64,000 bases of DNA from an uncultured Actinomycetota bacterium (GTDB taxonomy: Bacteria > Actinomycetota > Actinomycetes > Propionibacteriales > Nocardioidaceae), in contig CAWAGM010000003.1 in the NCBI GenBank assembly GCA_963781575.1, forward strand, positions 776 to 64,775, read 5' to 3'. The translations under genes and the position numbers were made by a program. Below, piece after piece: positions 22,562 to 33,183 of this stretch. The notes beneath the pieces were generated by a model. The model ran no database searches. It saw only the letters and a list, made by a program, of their open reading frames with translations, and had not been told where the DNA came from. How positions within the stretch are numbered: position 1 is the first letter of the stretch; each line of letters opens with the position of its first letter.

Positions 22562-23348
22562 ATGACGCTCCAGATCCATGACGAGGCTCGGGTCCGCACC
22601 CTGACGCTCGACCGGCCCGATGCCCTGAACGCCTTCAACGAGGCGCTCTACGACGCCACCGCCGAGGCCCTGCTCGCTGCGGCCGACGACCCGGACGTCG
22701 CCGTCGTGCTGCTGACCGGCAACGGGCGGGCCTTCAGCGCTGGTACCGACCTGCTGGAGATGCACCAGATCGCGACCGACCCGGCATTCGAGCGCGGCGT
22801 CCACGGGTTTCCCGGGCTCATCGATGCACTGGTCGCAGTTCCCCAAGCCACTCATCTGCGCCGTCAACGGCCTGGGCCTCGGCATCGGCGCCACCGTGCT
22901 CGGCTTCGCCGACCTGGCCTTCATGTCGTCCGAGGCGCGTCTCAAGTGCCCGTTCACCAGTCTCGGCGTTGCCCCGGAAGCGGCGTCGTCCTACTTGCTC
23001 CCCCGCCTGATGGGCCGGCAGGACGCCGCCTGGATGCTGCTCTCGGCCGAGTGGATCAGCGCCCCCGAGGCCCTGCAGATGGGCCTGGTCTGGCGGGTCT
23101 GCGAACCAGCCGACCTGCTGCCCGAGGCGCGCCGGCATGCCGAGCTGCTTGCCGCCCGGCCGATCTCGTCGCTGATCGCGGTCAAGCGCACCATGACCGC
23201 TCCGCTGCGGTCCGAGATCGACGCCGCACGCGAGCGCGAGAACGCCGCGTTCGCCGAGCTGATGGGTGGCCCGGCCAACCTCGAGGCGCTCAGCGCCTTC
23301 GCCGAGGGCCGCCCCGCCGATTTCACGGCGCTGCCGCCGGGCTGGTGA
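22562..23348 (+). CDS. Enoyl-CoA hydratase/isomerase family (frameshift near 22835)
   Basis: TLDRPDALNAF, AFSAGTDL, KPLICAVNG, PFTSLGVAPE. Confidence 0.88.
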
Positions 23349-23447
23349 CGTCGGGCCTATAGTCCGGCCGGGGGCTGTTGGGCCTTTCGTGCCAGGACGA
23401 GATGCTTTCGTTCGGCAACCATGGGGTGTCGAGAGAGCGAGACAGCA

Positions 23448-24044
23448 GTGAGCACCAGCCAGACAACGGAGCGGCGCGCCCGCCTCGACCGCGAGACCGT
23501 CGTGGTGGCGGCCGAGGGCATCGTCGACCGCGACGGCTACGACGCACTGTCGATGACCCTGCTGGCGGCCGAGCTCGACAGCCGAGTCTCGTCGCTCTAC
23601 AACCACGTGACCAACCTCGAGGAGCTCCGTTCGGAGATCCAGGTGCGCGCGATGACCCTGCTCGGCCGCCACGTGCAGCGCGCCGCGATGGGCCGAGCCG
23701 GGGCCGACGGTCTCAAGGTGCTCAGCCACGAGCTGCGCGACTTCGCGCTCACCTTTCCGCAGCGCTACGCCGCCATCACCCGAACGCCGATCGATCGCGA
23801 CGCGTTCTTCGCCGCGGCCGGCGAGGTGATCGAGGCGATGGGCGTCATGGTGCGCTCCACCGGGCTCCCCGACGAGCGCATCCTGCACACCGGCATGGCG
23901 ATCTTCTCCGCCCTGCACGGCTTCGTGTCGCTGGAGGCCAGCGGCTACTTCGACGGGATGGATCACCTCGAGGACGTGTTCGAGCAGGTGGTGCGCGGCG
24001 CGGTGACGGCCGCCGTCCTCGAGGTGACCCAGACGCGGGACTGA
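23448..24044 (+). CDS. TetR family regulator (WHG-type C-terminus)
   Basis: GYDALSMTLLA..L....SSLYNHV HTH; FSALHGFVSLE. Confidence 0.85.
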   Translation: MSTSQTTERRARLDRETVVVAAEGIVDRDGYDALSMTLLAAELDSRVSSLYNHVTNLEELRSEIQVRAMTLLGRHVQRAAMGRAGADGLKVLSHELRDFALTFPQRYAAITRTPIDRDAFFAAAGEVIEAMGVMVRSTGLPDERILHTGMAIFSALHGFVSLEASGYFDGMDHLEDVFEQVVRGAVTAAVLEVTQTRD

Positions 24045-24060
24045 GTTCTTCATCTAGGCC

Positions 24061-27000
24061 CTACCTCGGCTCGGTCACCGTGATGCTGTACTGCAGGCCG
24101 CCGCCGTAGAGCAGCAGCATGCCGGTGTAGGTCGCACCAGGCGGGATGATCGCGGCGCCGCCGTCGGCGATGAAGCCGCCGCCGGGCATCGAGGCGCAGG
24201 TCTCGTCGTAGAAGTACAGGAAGTACTCCCCGATCGGGGCGCTCGCCTTGACCGTTGCCAGGTGTAGCCCGTCCCCAGCTCCGGTGGGCAGCTTGGCGAA
24301 GTGGGCATCCGAGCCGTTCGCCGCGGGCAGTTCCGGGCAGGTCCACGACAGCTCGGTCAGACCGGGGCGGTACGGGTCGAGCCCGAGCAGCGAGCCCTGG
24401 GCGGGGTTGCCGACTGCGACGCTGCCGGAGTAGGTCACCGGCTTGTCGGGCTTCGGCAGCGCCGGCGTGATGCCGGCCGCGTCACCGAAGACCTGCACCT
24501 CGGACACGACGGCGGACGTCGTCACCGACGCACCGCTGGCCAGGGTGTCGGTGGGGACGACCCGCACGAACCGCGCCTTGACGCCCTGCTTGAGGTTGAA
24601 CGTCTTGAGCTGCAGGTCGTCGACCGTCGGACGGGGCAGCTTGAAGCCGAACGTGGCGACCTTGGCCGTCGTCCACTTCTTGCCGTCCATCGAGGTCTGC
24701 ACCACGACGCGCTTGGCCGCCGCGAAGCGGGGGATGCCGACCGGCTTGAGCACGCTCACCGCGACGGTCTTGATCGTCGACTGCTTCTTGAGCTTGACCG
24801 TCACCGACTGGTCGGGGCCCGAGTTGTAGGCCTTCGACCCCGGCTTCGTCATCCAGGAGGTGCCCTCGGAGTCGTCGAGCATGTTCGTGCCCGGGAACGC
24901 CGCGGACTCACTGGTGCTCTTCACGACCGTGGCCCCCGCCGAGGTCGAGAGCAGATTCGGTCGCAGGTTGACGACCTCGGTGGACGAGCGGCCCTTCGGC
25001 ACGGTGACCGTCAGTCGCTGGATACCGAAGCCCGGCGCCTGGAGGGTGAGCACGTAGCGGCCGCCGGCGAGCTTGGCCTGTGCGACTCCACTCTTGTTGG
25101 TGGTGACGATCGGGGTCGCTCTGGACTCGAAGAGACCGCCGAGCACCCGCACGCCCCGAACCGGCTTACCGGTCGAGGCATTCTTGACGACGAGCTTGAG
25201 CCTGCCGTTGAGTGCCTTCTTCTTCGTGTCGAAACCGGGCACCGGGTCGGTGTCGTTGCCGTCCTTCGTCGAGGCGGAGACGCCGAAGCCACGCTGGGCG
25301 AAGGCGCCCCACACCACGTCGGTGTACTTGTTCTTGTAGCGCAGCTCGGCGGCCTTGACGATCGCGTCACGCATGTCGAGCATCGAAGGACTCGGCGGGG
25401 AGAGCGGCATCGCGTCCATGACGAGGTGCTCGGCGATGTCGGAGGCCTTCACCTGGTCGCCACCCACGGTCTTGCGGATGGCCTCGCGCAGCGACCACAG
25501 GGTCGCCGTCCAGATCTCGCCGTCGGAGTGGACCTCGGGACCGCTCATGTCGTAGCCGTAGTCGCCGTAGGTGGCCGGACTCTCGGCGTAGTTCCAGTTG
25601 CGGATGCCACGGTGCGGGTCACCGACGTACGGCGCAGTCACGGCGGTGCGCGACAGTCCACGTCGGAAGAGGTCGTTCATGGCGAACCAGTCACCCCAGC
25701 CCTCGCCCATGGCACCGGACTGCTCCGAGCCGAGCGAGCCCAGGCCGCCGCCACCCACGTAGCGGTTGGACAGGCCGTGGCTGTACTCGTGCTGGATGAT
25801 CGTGGCGTCGAAGTCACCGTCGCGCGGGACTCCCTCGAAGGCGTCGTCGACGAACTCCCACAGGTACATGTTCGTGAAGCCAGGGATGCCGTCGGGCAGC
25901 GTCAGCATGTTGGCGTTGTTGCGGCCCAGCGCGAGCACGGCCGCGGTCAGGTTGAGCGCGCCGGACTGAGCCCCACCGAAGATCGGGTCACCGGGGGCTC
26001 CGCCCAGCGGGTCGGCGTTGTTGAGGAGCTGGAAGTTGCCGCCCGACTCGGTGAAGCCGAAGTCGTAGTACTCGTCGTGGATCCGGTTGTGGTGGTAGAA
26101 GAGGTTGGTCGCCGCCGAGCTGGCGTCGGCCTGGTAGCCGGTCGGAGAGCCGTTCGACTTCGCCCAGCTGTCCTTGAACCCGTAGCGGAAGTTGGTCGTC
26201 AACGTGACCGGCCGGTTGTACTGGTCGGCGGCGACGAGCGGCACGGTCCAGGCGATGGCGGTGTTGGCGTTGTTGCCGAGCGTGGTGATGCTCGGCAGAC
26301 CGACCAGGCCAGTCGGGTCGACGTAGCCGCCCGGTGAGGCGTCGGTCGGGCCGAAGCTCTTGACGACCGGCTTGCCGCCCTTGGCCGCGCCCGGGTAGTT
26401 CTCGAAGACCTGGCCGTCGTTGAACTGCACCAGCGACTTGCGCAGCAGCGGCTTGCCGGTGACGGCATCCACGATCACGGCCCAGGCCTCGTTGAGGTCC
26501 TTGATGGCCAGCACGGCGTACGCCGCCCGCCCGCCGGTGGCGGTCGGGAAGGCGATCTGGCGCACGAACTGCAGCGAGCCGAGCGGGCCGCCGTTGAAGA
26601 CCTGGTAGCCACCCATGATCTTGCCGGTGGCCTTGGCCACGAAGTCGAGGTCCGGCACCAGGCTGCCGATGACGGAGGTCAGCGCCTCGCCAGCGGTGAT
26701 CTTGAACGTGCCGAGCAGCGAGGTGTTCTGCACCGGGTCGCCGGTGTAGGAGACCACTCGACCGTCGCGGTCGACGACGACGGTCATGATTCCGCCGATG
26801 CCGGAGACGATGCCGCCGAAGCGCTGGGCGAAGCTCAGCACACGGGCGTCGATGCCGGGCAGCTCGTGGTTGCGGACGACGGCGAGCCGGGTCATGTCGC
26901 CGGCCGTGAGCCCGAAGGCAGCGGCGTTGTCGGCCAGCCAGTCCTGAGCGATCTTCAGCGGGTCACCGGAGCGGGGGCGGCTGAGGAAGCCGCCCTCGAC

Positions 27001-27303
27001 GCCGATCGCGCGCGGCGTACCCGACGCGTTCCAGGTGGCGACGGCACCGGTCAGCTTCGCGACGGCAGAGCGCTGCGCCAGGGTCGGCGCGATGGCCTTG
27101 ATCGCGGCACGCGAGTCGAAGGCGAGGTCGCTGACGACGTCACCGGCGAACGGCACGACCGTGTCGTCACCGCCGAGCAGGGACAGGTTCGCGAGCGGGC
27201 CCGCTTGGGCGACGCCAGCGGCGGCGTCGGCCTGGGCCAGGGTCGGAATGGTGAGCGCGGCTGCAGACAGCACAGCCACGACGGAAAGTCTCGAGCGGAT
27301 CAC
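24061..27303 (-). CDS. Secreted M36 (fungalysin-like) metallopeptidase with C-terminal discoidin-like domain
   Basis: Signal peptide, FTP-like propeptide, GFTESGGNFQ, HEYSH, GAMGEGWGD, HSDGEIW; VSEVQVF beta-sandwich end. Confidence 0.85.
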   Translation of the reverse strand: MIRSRLSVVAVLSAAALTIPTLAQADAAAGVAQAGPLANLSLLGGDDTVVPFAGDVVSDLAFDSRAAIKAIAPTLAQRSAVAKLTGAVATWNASGTPRAIGVEGGFLSRPRSGDPLKIAQDWLADNAAAFGLTAGDMTRLAVVRNHELPGIDARVLSFAQRFGGIVSGIGGIMTVVVDRDGRVVSYTGDPVQNTSLLGTFKITAGEALTSVIGSLVPDLDFVAKATGKIMGGYQVFNGGPLGSLQFVRQIAFPTATGGRAAYAVLAIKDLNEAWAVIVDAVTGKPLLRKSLVQFNDGQVFENYPGAAKGGKPVVKSFGPTDASPGGYVDPTGLVGLPSITTLGNNANTAIAWTVPLVAADQYNRPVTLTTNFRYGFKDSWAKSNGSPTGYQADASSAATNLFYHHNRIHDEYYDFGFTESGGNFQLLNNADPLGGAPGDPIFGGAQSGALNLTAAVLALGRNNANMLTLPDGIPGFTNMYLWEFVDDAFEGVPRDGDFDATIIQHEYSHGLSNRYVGGGGLGSLGSEQSGAMGEGWGDWFAMNDLFRRGLSRTAVTAPYVGDPHRGIRNWNYAESPATYGDYGYDMSGPEVHSDGEIWTATLWSLREAIRKTVGGDQVKASDIAEHLVMDAMPLSPPSPSMLDMRDAIVKAAELRYKNKYTDVVWGAFAQRGFGVSASTKDGNDTDPVPGFDTKKKALNGRLKLVVKNASTGKPVRGVRVLGGLFESRATPIVTTNKSGVAQAKLAGGRYVLTLQAPGFGIQRLTVTVPKGRSSTEVVNLRPNLLSTSAGATVVKSTSESAAFPGTNMLDDSEGTSWMTKPGSKAYNSGPDQSVTVKLKKQSTIKTVAVSVLKPVGIPRFAAAKRVVVQTSMDGKKWTTAKVATFGFKLPRPTVDDLQLKTFNLKQGVKARFVRVVPTDTLASGASVTTSAVVSEVQVFGDAAGITPALPKPDKPVTYSGSVAVGNPAQGSLLGLDPYRPGLTELSWTCPELPAANGSDAHFAKLPTGAGDGLHLATVKASAPIGEYFLYFYDETCASMPGGGFIADGGAAIIPPGATYTGMLLLYGGGLQYSITVTEPR

Positions 27304-27406
27304 GGGTTTCCTGACATCGTTCGGCGGACTCAAGCGAGAGGCAGAGATACTGCCCGCGGGTACAACGACCTATATCGGCCTGGGATACGCCCGGTTGAAT
27401 ACATGC

Positions 27407-28958
27407 ATGTTACTTCTGGGTGCAGTGGTCCAGACCTCTGCTGAAGTCGCGGCCACCCGCTCGCGGCTGGCCAAGCGGCCTCCATCGCCGCGCTGCTCCG
27501 GCAGGTCGACCTGACCGAGCCGGGCGAGCTCGAGGTCGCGACGGCCTACGTGGCCGGGTCATTGCGGCAACGGCGCACCGGCCTCGGCTGGCGCGGTCTC
27601 GGCTCGCTGCCGGAGCCGGCTGCCGCCGCTCGTTGTCGGCGGTCGAGGTGGACGCCGCCTTCCAGGCGTTGTCCGAGCTGGCCGGGCCAGGGTCGCAGGC
27701 GGCCCGCGCGGACGCCGTGGCCTCTCTCTTCGCCGCCGCGACCGCCGACGAGCAGGCGCTGGTTGCGGGGCGTGGTCACCGGCGCCGTGCGTCAGGGGGC
27801 ACTCGATGCGCTCGTGCAGGAGGCCGTGGCGCTGCGGCCGACGTCCCGCTGACGGCGGTGCGCCGGGCCGCGATGCTGGCTGGCTCGACCGTGGCGGTCG
27901 TGCGGGCCGCCTTCGAGGGCGGTGAAACGGCGCTGGCCGAGGTCGGGCTGGAGGTGATGCGACCGGTGCTGCCGATGCTCGCCTCCAGCGCGCCGACCGT
28001 GACCGAGGCGCTGGCGAAGGTCGCTGAGCCAGGGCGGCGCCGCGATCGACACCAAGCTCGACGGCATCCGGATCCAGGTGCACCGCTCGGGCGACGAGGT
28101 GCTGGTCGTGACCCGCAGCCTCGACGACATCACCTCCCGTCTGCCCGAGGTGGTCGACGTCGTGCGCGCTCTCGACGTCGAGCAGGTGGTGCTGGACGGG
28201 GAGGCGCTCACGATCGACGAGGCCGGGCGGCCGCGGCCGTTCCAGGAGACCGCCTCACGCACGGCACTGGCCGCAGGCGACGTCAGCGTCGCGGTCACGC
28301 CGTACTTCTTCGACGTGCTGCACCTCGACGGCCGCGACCTGCTCGACTCCCCCGGTCACGAGCGGGCCGCCGTGCTCGACGCCCTGGTGCCGGTCGAGCA
28401 CCGGGTCCCTCGCGTGGTGACCTCTGATCCTGAGGTTGCCGAGGCGTTCGCCGCGAGGTACTGGCTGCCGGTCACGAGGGCGTCGTCGTGAAGGGGCTCG
28501 ACGCCCCGTACGCGGCCGGACGCCGCGGGGCAGCCTGGGTGAAGGTCAAACCCGTCCACACCCTCGACCTGGTGGTGCTCGCCGTCGAGTGGGGATCGGG
28601 ACGGCGCGCAGGGCTGGCTCTCCAACATCCACCTCGGCGCCCGCGACCCCGAACGGCCCGGCGAGTTCGTGATGCTCGGCAAGACGTTCAAGGGCATGAC
28701 CGACGAGATGCTGGCCTGGCAGACCGAGCGCTTCCTCGAGCTGGAGACCTCGCGAGCCGGCCACGTCGTGCACGTACGCCCCGAGCAGGTCGTCGAGATC
28801 GCGTTCGACGGGCTGCAGCGCTCCACCCGCTACCCGGGCGGGGTGGCGCTGCGCTTCGCGCGCGTCGTGCGCTACCGCGACGACAAGGCGCCGCGGAGGC
28901 CGACACCATCGGCGACGTGCGCGCGTTGCATCCCGGCGATGTCGGCGCCGGGACGTAG
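27407..28958 (+). CDS. ligB: ATP-dependent DNA ligase (multiple frameshifts)
   Basis: [18 protein letters not shown] (KxDG), [32 protein letters not shown]. Confidence 0.88.
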
Positions 28959-28978
28959 GTTCTCAGGGTGATCACCCG

Positions 28979-29238
28979 ATGAGCAAGATGGACGACCTGC
29001 GCAAGATGCGCGAAGCCCGCTACGAGCAGGCCGCGGCCCGCGCCAAGCAGGCCGGCACTCCTGCCCGCCGCGTTGCCGCGCCGATCCGCCAGCCGTCGGC
29101 GAGGTGATCGAACGCCGGCCGAGTCCGCTGAGGCGGACGCCGAGCGACAGTCGACGACTCTGCGGGCACCGCAACATGAGCGGGCGCACCTGCACCCGCG
29201 AGCGCGGCCACAGCGCGAAGAGCCACCGCTACTCCTGA
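28979..29238 (+). CDS. Small hypothetical protein with Cys/His-rich C-terminus (frameshifted)
   Basis: MSKMDDLRKMREARYE... joins LCGHRNMSGRTCTRERGHSAKSHRYS*. Confidence 0.55.
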
Positions 29239-29254
29239 TCGGACCACGTCTAAG

Positions 29255-29669
29255 ATGGGCGACTTCCCGCGGCTGCTGCACACCGCGATCGACACCACCG
29301 ACTGCCGCGGGCTCGCCGAGTTCTATATCGCCATGTTCGGCCTGCACTACCGACCTCACGACGACCCGCCACCTGGCTGGCGAGCTCGACGACGCCGACT
29401 GGCTGGTGCTGCTCGACGACGACGAGCAGCGCGTGGTCGCCATCCAGGGTGTCGATCGGCTGGAGCCCACGACCTGGCCCGAGCACGACGTACCGATGCA
29501 GCTGCACCTCGATTTCGTCGTGCCGAGCGTCGACGAGCTGAACCGGCACCGCGCCCGGGCCGAGGCGCTCGGAGCCACTCTGCTGCTCGACCGCACCAGC
29601 GACGGAGGGGAGCCGCTGGTGGTGCTGGCCGACCCGGCAGGCCACCCCTTCTGCCTGCTCGTGCCCTGA
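29255..29669 (+). CDS. VOC family protein (frameshifted)
   Basis: IDTTDCRGLAEFY, MQLHLDF, LADPAGHPFCL. Confidence 0.8.
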
Positions 29670-29684
29670 CATCGGCCAAGATCT

Positions 29685-29701
29685 TGCAACTCTGAGTTGC
29701 A
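29685..29701. promoter_or_regulatory. Palindromic operator upstream of TetR gene
   Basis: TGCAACTC-T-GAGTTGCA, perfect 8-bp arms. Confidence 0.65.
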
Positions 29702-29720
29702 CACGTCGTACCATCGGCTC

Positions 29721-30413
29721 ATGAGCCCCAGCACGACTGCGAACGAGAGTGACGGACGCCGCCGAGCGGCGGCGCTCCGACGCAAGGCGCGCGAAGCCGA
29801 GATCATCGCCGCGACCCGCGCTCTCTTCGACGAGCGCGGCGTCCGCGACGCCCAGATCGAGGACATCGCCCGCGCGGTCGGCATCAACCGGGCCATCGTC
29901 TACCGGCACTTCACCGGCAAGGAGGAGCTCTTCGCGCTCACCCTGGTCGGCTACCTCGACGAGATGCGTGACGCCCTGAGCTGCCGCCTCGGATCCGCGA
30001 CCGCGCCGCCTGCCAGGCTCGAGGCCATCGTGGGCGCCTTCGTCGACTACGGCGTGGCTCACCCGGCGTTCGTCGACTGCGCGCAGGCCCTGATGCGGCG
30101 TTCCGGACCGGAGCTGCTCGACGAGATCTCCGAGAGCGCCCTGTTCCGCCTCGGCCGTGGCATCTCCCAGTGCCTGACCCTGCTCTCGGGCGTGCTCGAG
30201 GAGGGCGTGGCCGACGGCAGCTTCCGCACGACCGACGACCCGACCCTGCTGGCCAACACGTTGTACGCCAGCGGTCTCGGGGCGCTGCAGCTCGCCCGCG
30301 TCGGCATCCTGGTCAAGGAGGCCGCGCCGGGCATCCCGACCGTCGGCGACATCTCCCCCGACCAGGTCAGGTCCTACCTGGTCGCCTCGGCCCTGGCCGT
30401 CGCGTCCCTCTGA
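29721..30413 (+). CDS. TetR family regulator
   Basis: IEDIARAVGINRAIVYRHFTGKEELF. Confidence 0.9.
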   Translation: MSPSTTANESDGRRRAAALRRKAREAEIIAATRALFDERGVRDAQIEDIARAVGINRAIVYRHFTGKEELFALTLVGYLDEMRDALSCRLGSATAPPARLEAIVGAFVDYGVAHPAFVDCAQALMRRSGPELLDEISESALFRLGRGISQCLTLLSGVLEEGVADGSFRTTDDPTLLANTLYASGLGALQLARVGILVKEAAPGIPTVGDISPDQVRSYLVASALAVASL

Positions 30414-30433
30414 GCAGCCACACGCCTGAGTCG

Positions 30434-31717
30434 TCAGGGGCGCTCGAGGATCGCGACGACGCCCTGGCCGCCGGCGGCGCAGACCGAGATGACGCCCTTG
30501 CCCGAGCCGTTCTGCTCGAGCAGCTTGGCCAGGTTGGCGATGATCCGACCACCGGTGGCGGCGAACGGGTGCCCTGCGGCGAGCGAGGAGCCGTTGACGT
30601 TCAGCTTGGTGCGGTCGATCGAGCCCAGCGGGGCGTCGAGGCCGAGGCGCTCCTTGCAGAACACCGGGTCCTCCCAGGCCTTGAGCGTGGAGAGCACCTG
30701 CGAGGCGAACGCCTCGTGGATCTCGTAGAAGTCGAAGTCCTGCAGCGTCAGGCCCTCGCGCTCGAGCATCCGCGCCATCGCGTACGCCGGAGCCATCAGC
30801 AGGCCCTCGCCGCCGTGCACGTAGTCGACCGCAGCGGTCTCGTAGGCCGTGAGGTAGGCGAGCACGGGGAGCCCGTGCTCCTTGGCCCACTCCTCGGAGG
30901 CGAGCAGCACCACGGAGGCGCCATCGGTGAGCGGCGTGGAGTTGCCGGCGGTCATCGTGGCGGCCTCACCCTTGCCGAAGACCGGCTTGAGCTTGGCGAG
31001 CTTCTCGGCGGTGGAGTCGCCGCGCAGGTTCGAGTCGCGCTCGAGGCCGCGGAACGGGGTGACCTGGTCGTCGAGGAAGCCGCGCTCGTAGGCAGCGGCC
31101 AGACGCTGGTGCGACGTGGCGGCCAGCTCGTCCTGGTCCTCGCGGGTGATCTGCCACTCCAGCGCGGTCAGCGCGGCGTGGTCGCCCATCGAGAGGCCGG
31201 TGCGCGGCTCGCCGTTCTGCGGGATCGCCAGGCTGATGTCGCCGGGGCGGATCGCGGCCAGCGCGGCCAGCCGGCTCTTGGTGTCCTTGGCGGCGTTGAC
31301 CTTCATCAGCTTCTTGCGCAGCTTCTCGCCGATGGCGACCGGGGCGTCGGAGGTGGTGTCCGTGCCACCAGCGATGCCAACCTCGATCTGGCCGAGGGCG
31401 ATCTTGTTGGCGACCTGGATCGCGGCCTGCAGGCCGGTGCCGCACGCCTGCTGGATGTCGGTGGCGGGCGTCTCCGGCGACAGCTTCGATCCGAGCACCG
31501 ACTCGCGAGCGAGGTTGAAGTCGCGCGAGTGCTTGAGGACGGCGCCGGCCACGACCTCGCCCAGACGCTCGCCCTCCAGACCGAAGCGCGTCACCAAGCC
31601 GTCGATCGCGGCGGTGAGCATGTCCTGGTTGGAGGCGTCGGCGTAGGCGCCGTTCGAGCGGGCGAAGGGGATGCGGTTGCCACCGATGACGGCGACCCGA
31701 CGAGTTCGTTCGATCAT
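30434..31717 (-). CDS. fadA2: Acetyl-CoA acetyltransferase (thiolase)
   Basis: GGNRIPFARSN, QQACGTG, EIHEAFA, GHPFAATG, CAAGGQG. Confidence 0.92.
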   Translation of the reverse strand: MIERTRRVAVIGGNRIPFARSNGAYADASNQDMLTAAIDGLVTRFGLEGERLGEVVAGAVLKHSRDFNLARESVLGSKLSPETPATDIQQACGTGLQAAIQVANKIALGQIEVGIAGGTDTTSDAPVAIGEKLRKKLMKVNAAKDTKSRLAALAAIRPGDISLAIPQNGEPRTGLSMGDHAALTALEWQITREDQDELAATSHQRLAAAYERGFLDDQVTPFRGLERDSNLRGDSTAEKLAKLKPVFGKGEAATMTAGNSTPLTDGASVVLLASEEWAKEHGLPVLAYLTAYETAAVDYVHGGEGLLMAPAYAMARMLEREGLTLQDFDFYEIHEAFASQVLSTLKAWEDPVFCKERLGLDAPLGSIDRTKLNVNGSSLAAGHPFAATGGRIIANLAKLLEQNGSGKGVISVCAAGGQGVVAILERP

Positions 31718-31847
31718 GAGTCCATACTGGCCGGTAACCAGCCCTGAGCCAAGGCGATGAGGGGCAGGTCACGAAAAGTGGACTCTGAGTTACACCCGTA
31801 GTTACATAAGTTTGACCGCGACCCACGAAAGCAGAGGCTGTACACGC

Positions 31848-33183
31848 ATGAGCGACCGTTATCAGGGCTTCACCTCCTCCCCGATCGGCAAGATGGTGGT
31901 CAAGAACCTCGGCCTGCCGAACCCGATGAAGCTCGAGCGCTACACGGCCGGAGCCCCGCTGGTCGACGGCACCGTGCTCGTGGGCGGTCGCGGCCGCCTC
32001 GTCGAGTCCCTGCCCGGGGCTCCTCGACACCCTGGGTATCGCGTCCACCTCGGTCAGGCCCGACGAGGGCAAGTTCAAGGGCTTGGTCTTCGACGCGACC
32101 GGGCTGACCGCCTCCGGCGACCTCGTCGCCCTGCGCGACTTCTTCACCCCGGTGCTCCGCAGCCTCGAGAGCTGCGCCCGGGTCGTCGTGATCGGCACCC
32201 CGCCCGAGCTGGTGAGCGGCCCGGAGCGCGTCGCCCAACGCGCGCTCGAGGGCTTCACCCGCAGCCTCGGCAAGGAGATCGGCAAGGGCAGCACCGTGCA
32301 GCTCGCCTACGTCGCCGATGGCGCCGAGGCCGGTCTCACCAGCACCCTCGGCTTCCTGCTCTCCCCCAAGTCGGCCTACGTCTCGGGCCAGGTCGTCCGG
32401 ATCGGCGCACACGGAGGGTCAAAGGTGCCCGAGGTCGCCGACCTCATGGCTCCCCTCGCCGGCAAGATCGCCCTGATCACCGGCGCCAGCCGCGGCATCG
32501 GCGAGGAGGTCGCTCGGGTGCTCCACCGCGACGGCGCGACCGTCGTCGGCGTCGACGTGCCCCAGGCGGCCAGCGAGCTGCAGGCGCTCATGAAGGAGCT
32601 CGACGGCGACTGGCTCACCCTCGACATCACCGGCAAGGACGCCCCGCAGCGGATCGCGCACCACCTCAAGGAGAAGCACGGTGGCGTCGACGTCGTCGTC
32701 CACAACGCCGGCATCACCCGCGACAAGAAGCTCGCCAACATGGCCGAGGACCGCTGGGACTCCGTGATCGCGGTCAACCTCACCGCCCCCGAGCTGATCA
32801 CCCGCGAGCTGCTCGAGCAGGGCGTGATCAACGACTTCGGGTCGATCATCGGCGTCGCCAGCATCGCCGGCATCGCTGGCAACGTCGGACAGACGAACTA
32901 CGCCGCCTCCAAGGCCGGCGTCATCGGTTTCGTCGACTCGCTCGCCGACGACCTGACGAAGGGCATCACGATCAACGCGGTGGCGCCGGGGTTCATCATC
33001 ACGGCCATGACCGCCGCGGTGCCGTTCGCGACCCGCGAGGTCGGCCAGCGCCTGAACGCGATGGCCCAGGGCGGCCTGCCGGTCGACGTCGCCGAGACGA
33101 TCGCCTGGTACGCCAACCCCGGCTCCAGCCTGGTCAACGGCAACGTCGTCCGCGTGTGCGGCCAGATGATGCTGGGCGCCTGA
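31848..33183 (+). CDS. fabG4: 3-oxoacyl-ACP/CoA reductase, FabG4 type (frameshift near 32020)
   Basis: N-terminal extra domain plus TGASRGIG, HNAGITRDK, NYAASKAG; divergent from fadA2. Confidence 0.88.

Noticed and set aside
27300-27317. Tiny upstream ORF MSGNP* overlapping the M36 start
   Set aside because: Explained by the AGGAAA RBS sequence; no attenuator features.
27408-27424. TGTTACTTCTGGGTGCA as another TetR operator
   Set aside because: It lies in the first codons of ligB and is a weak match.
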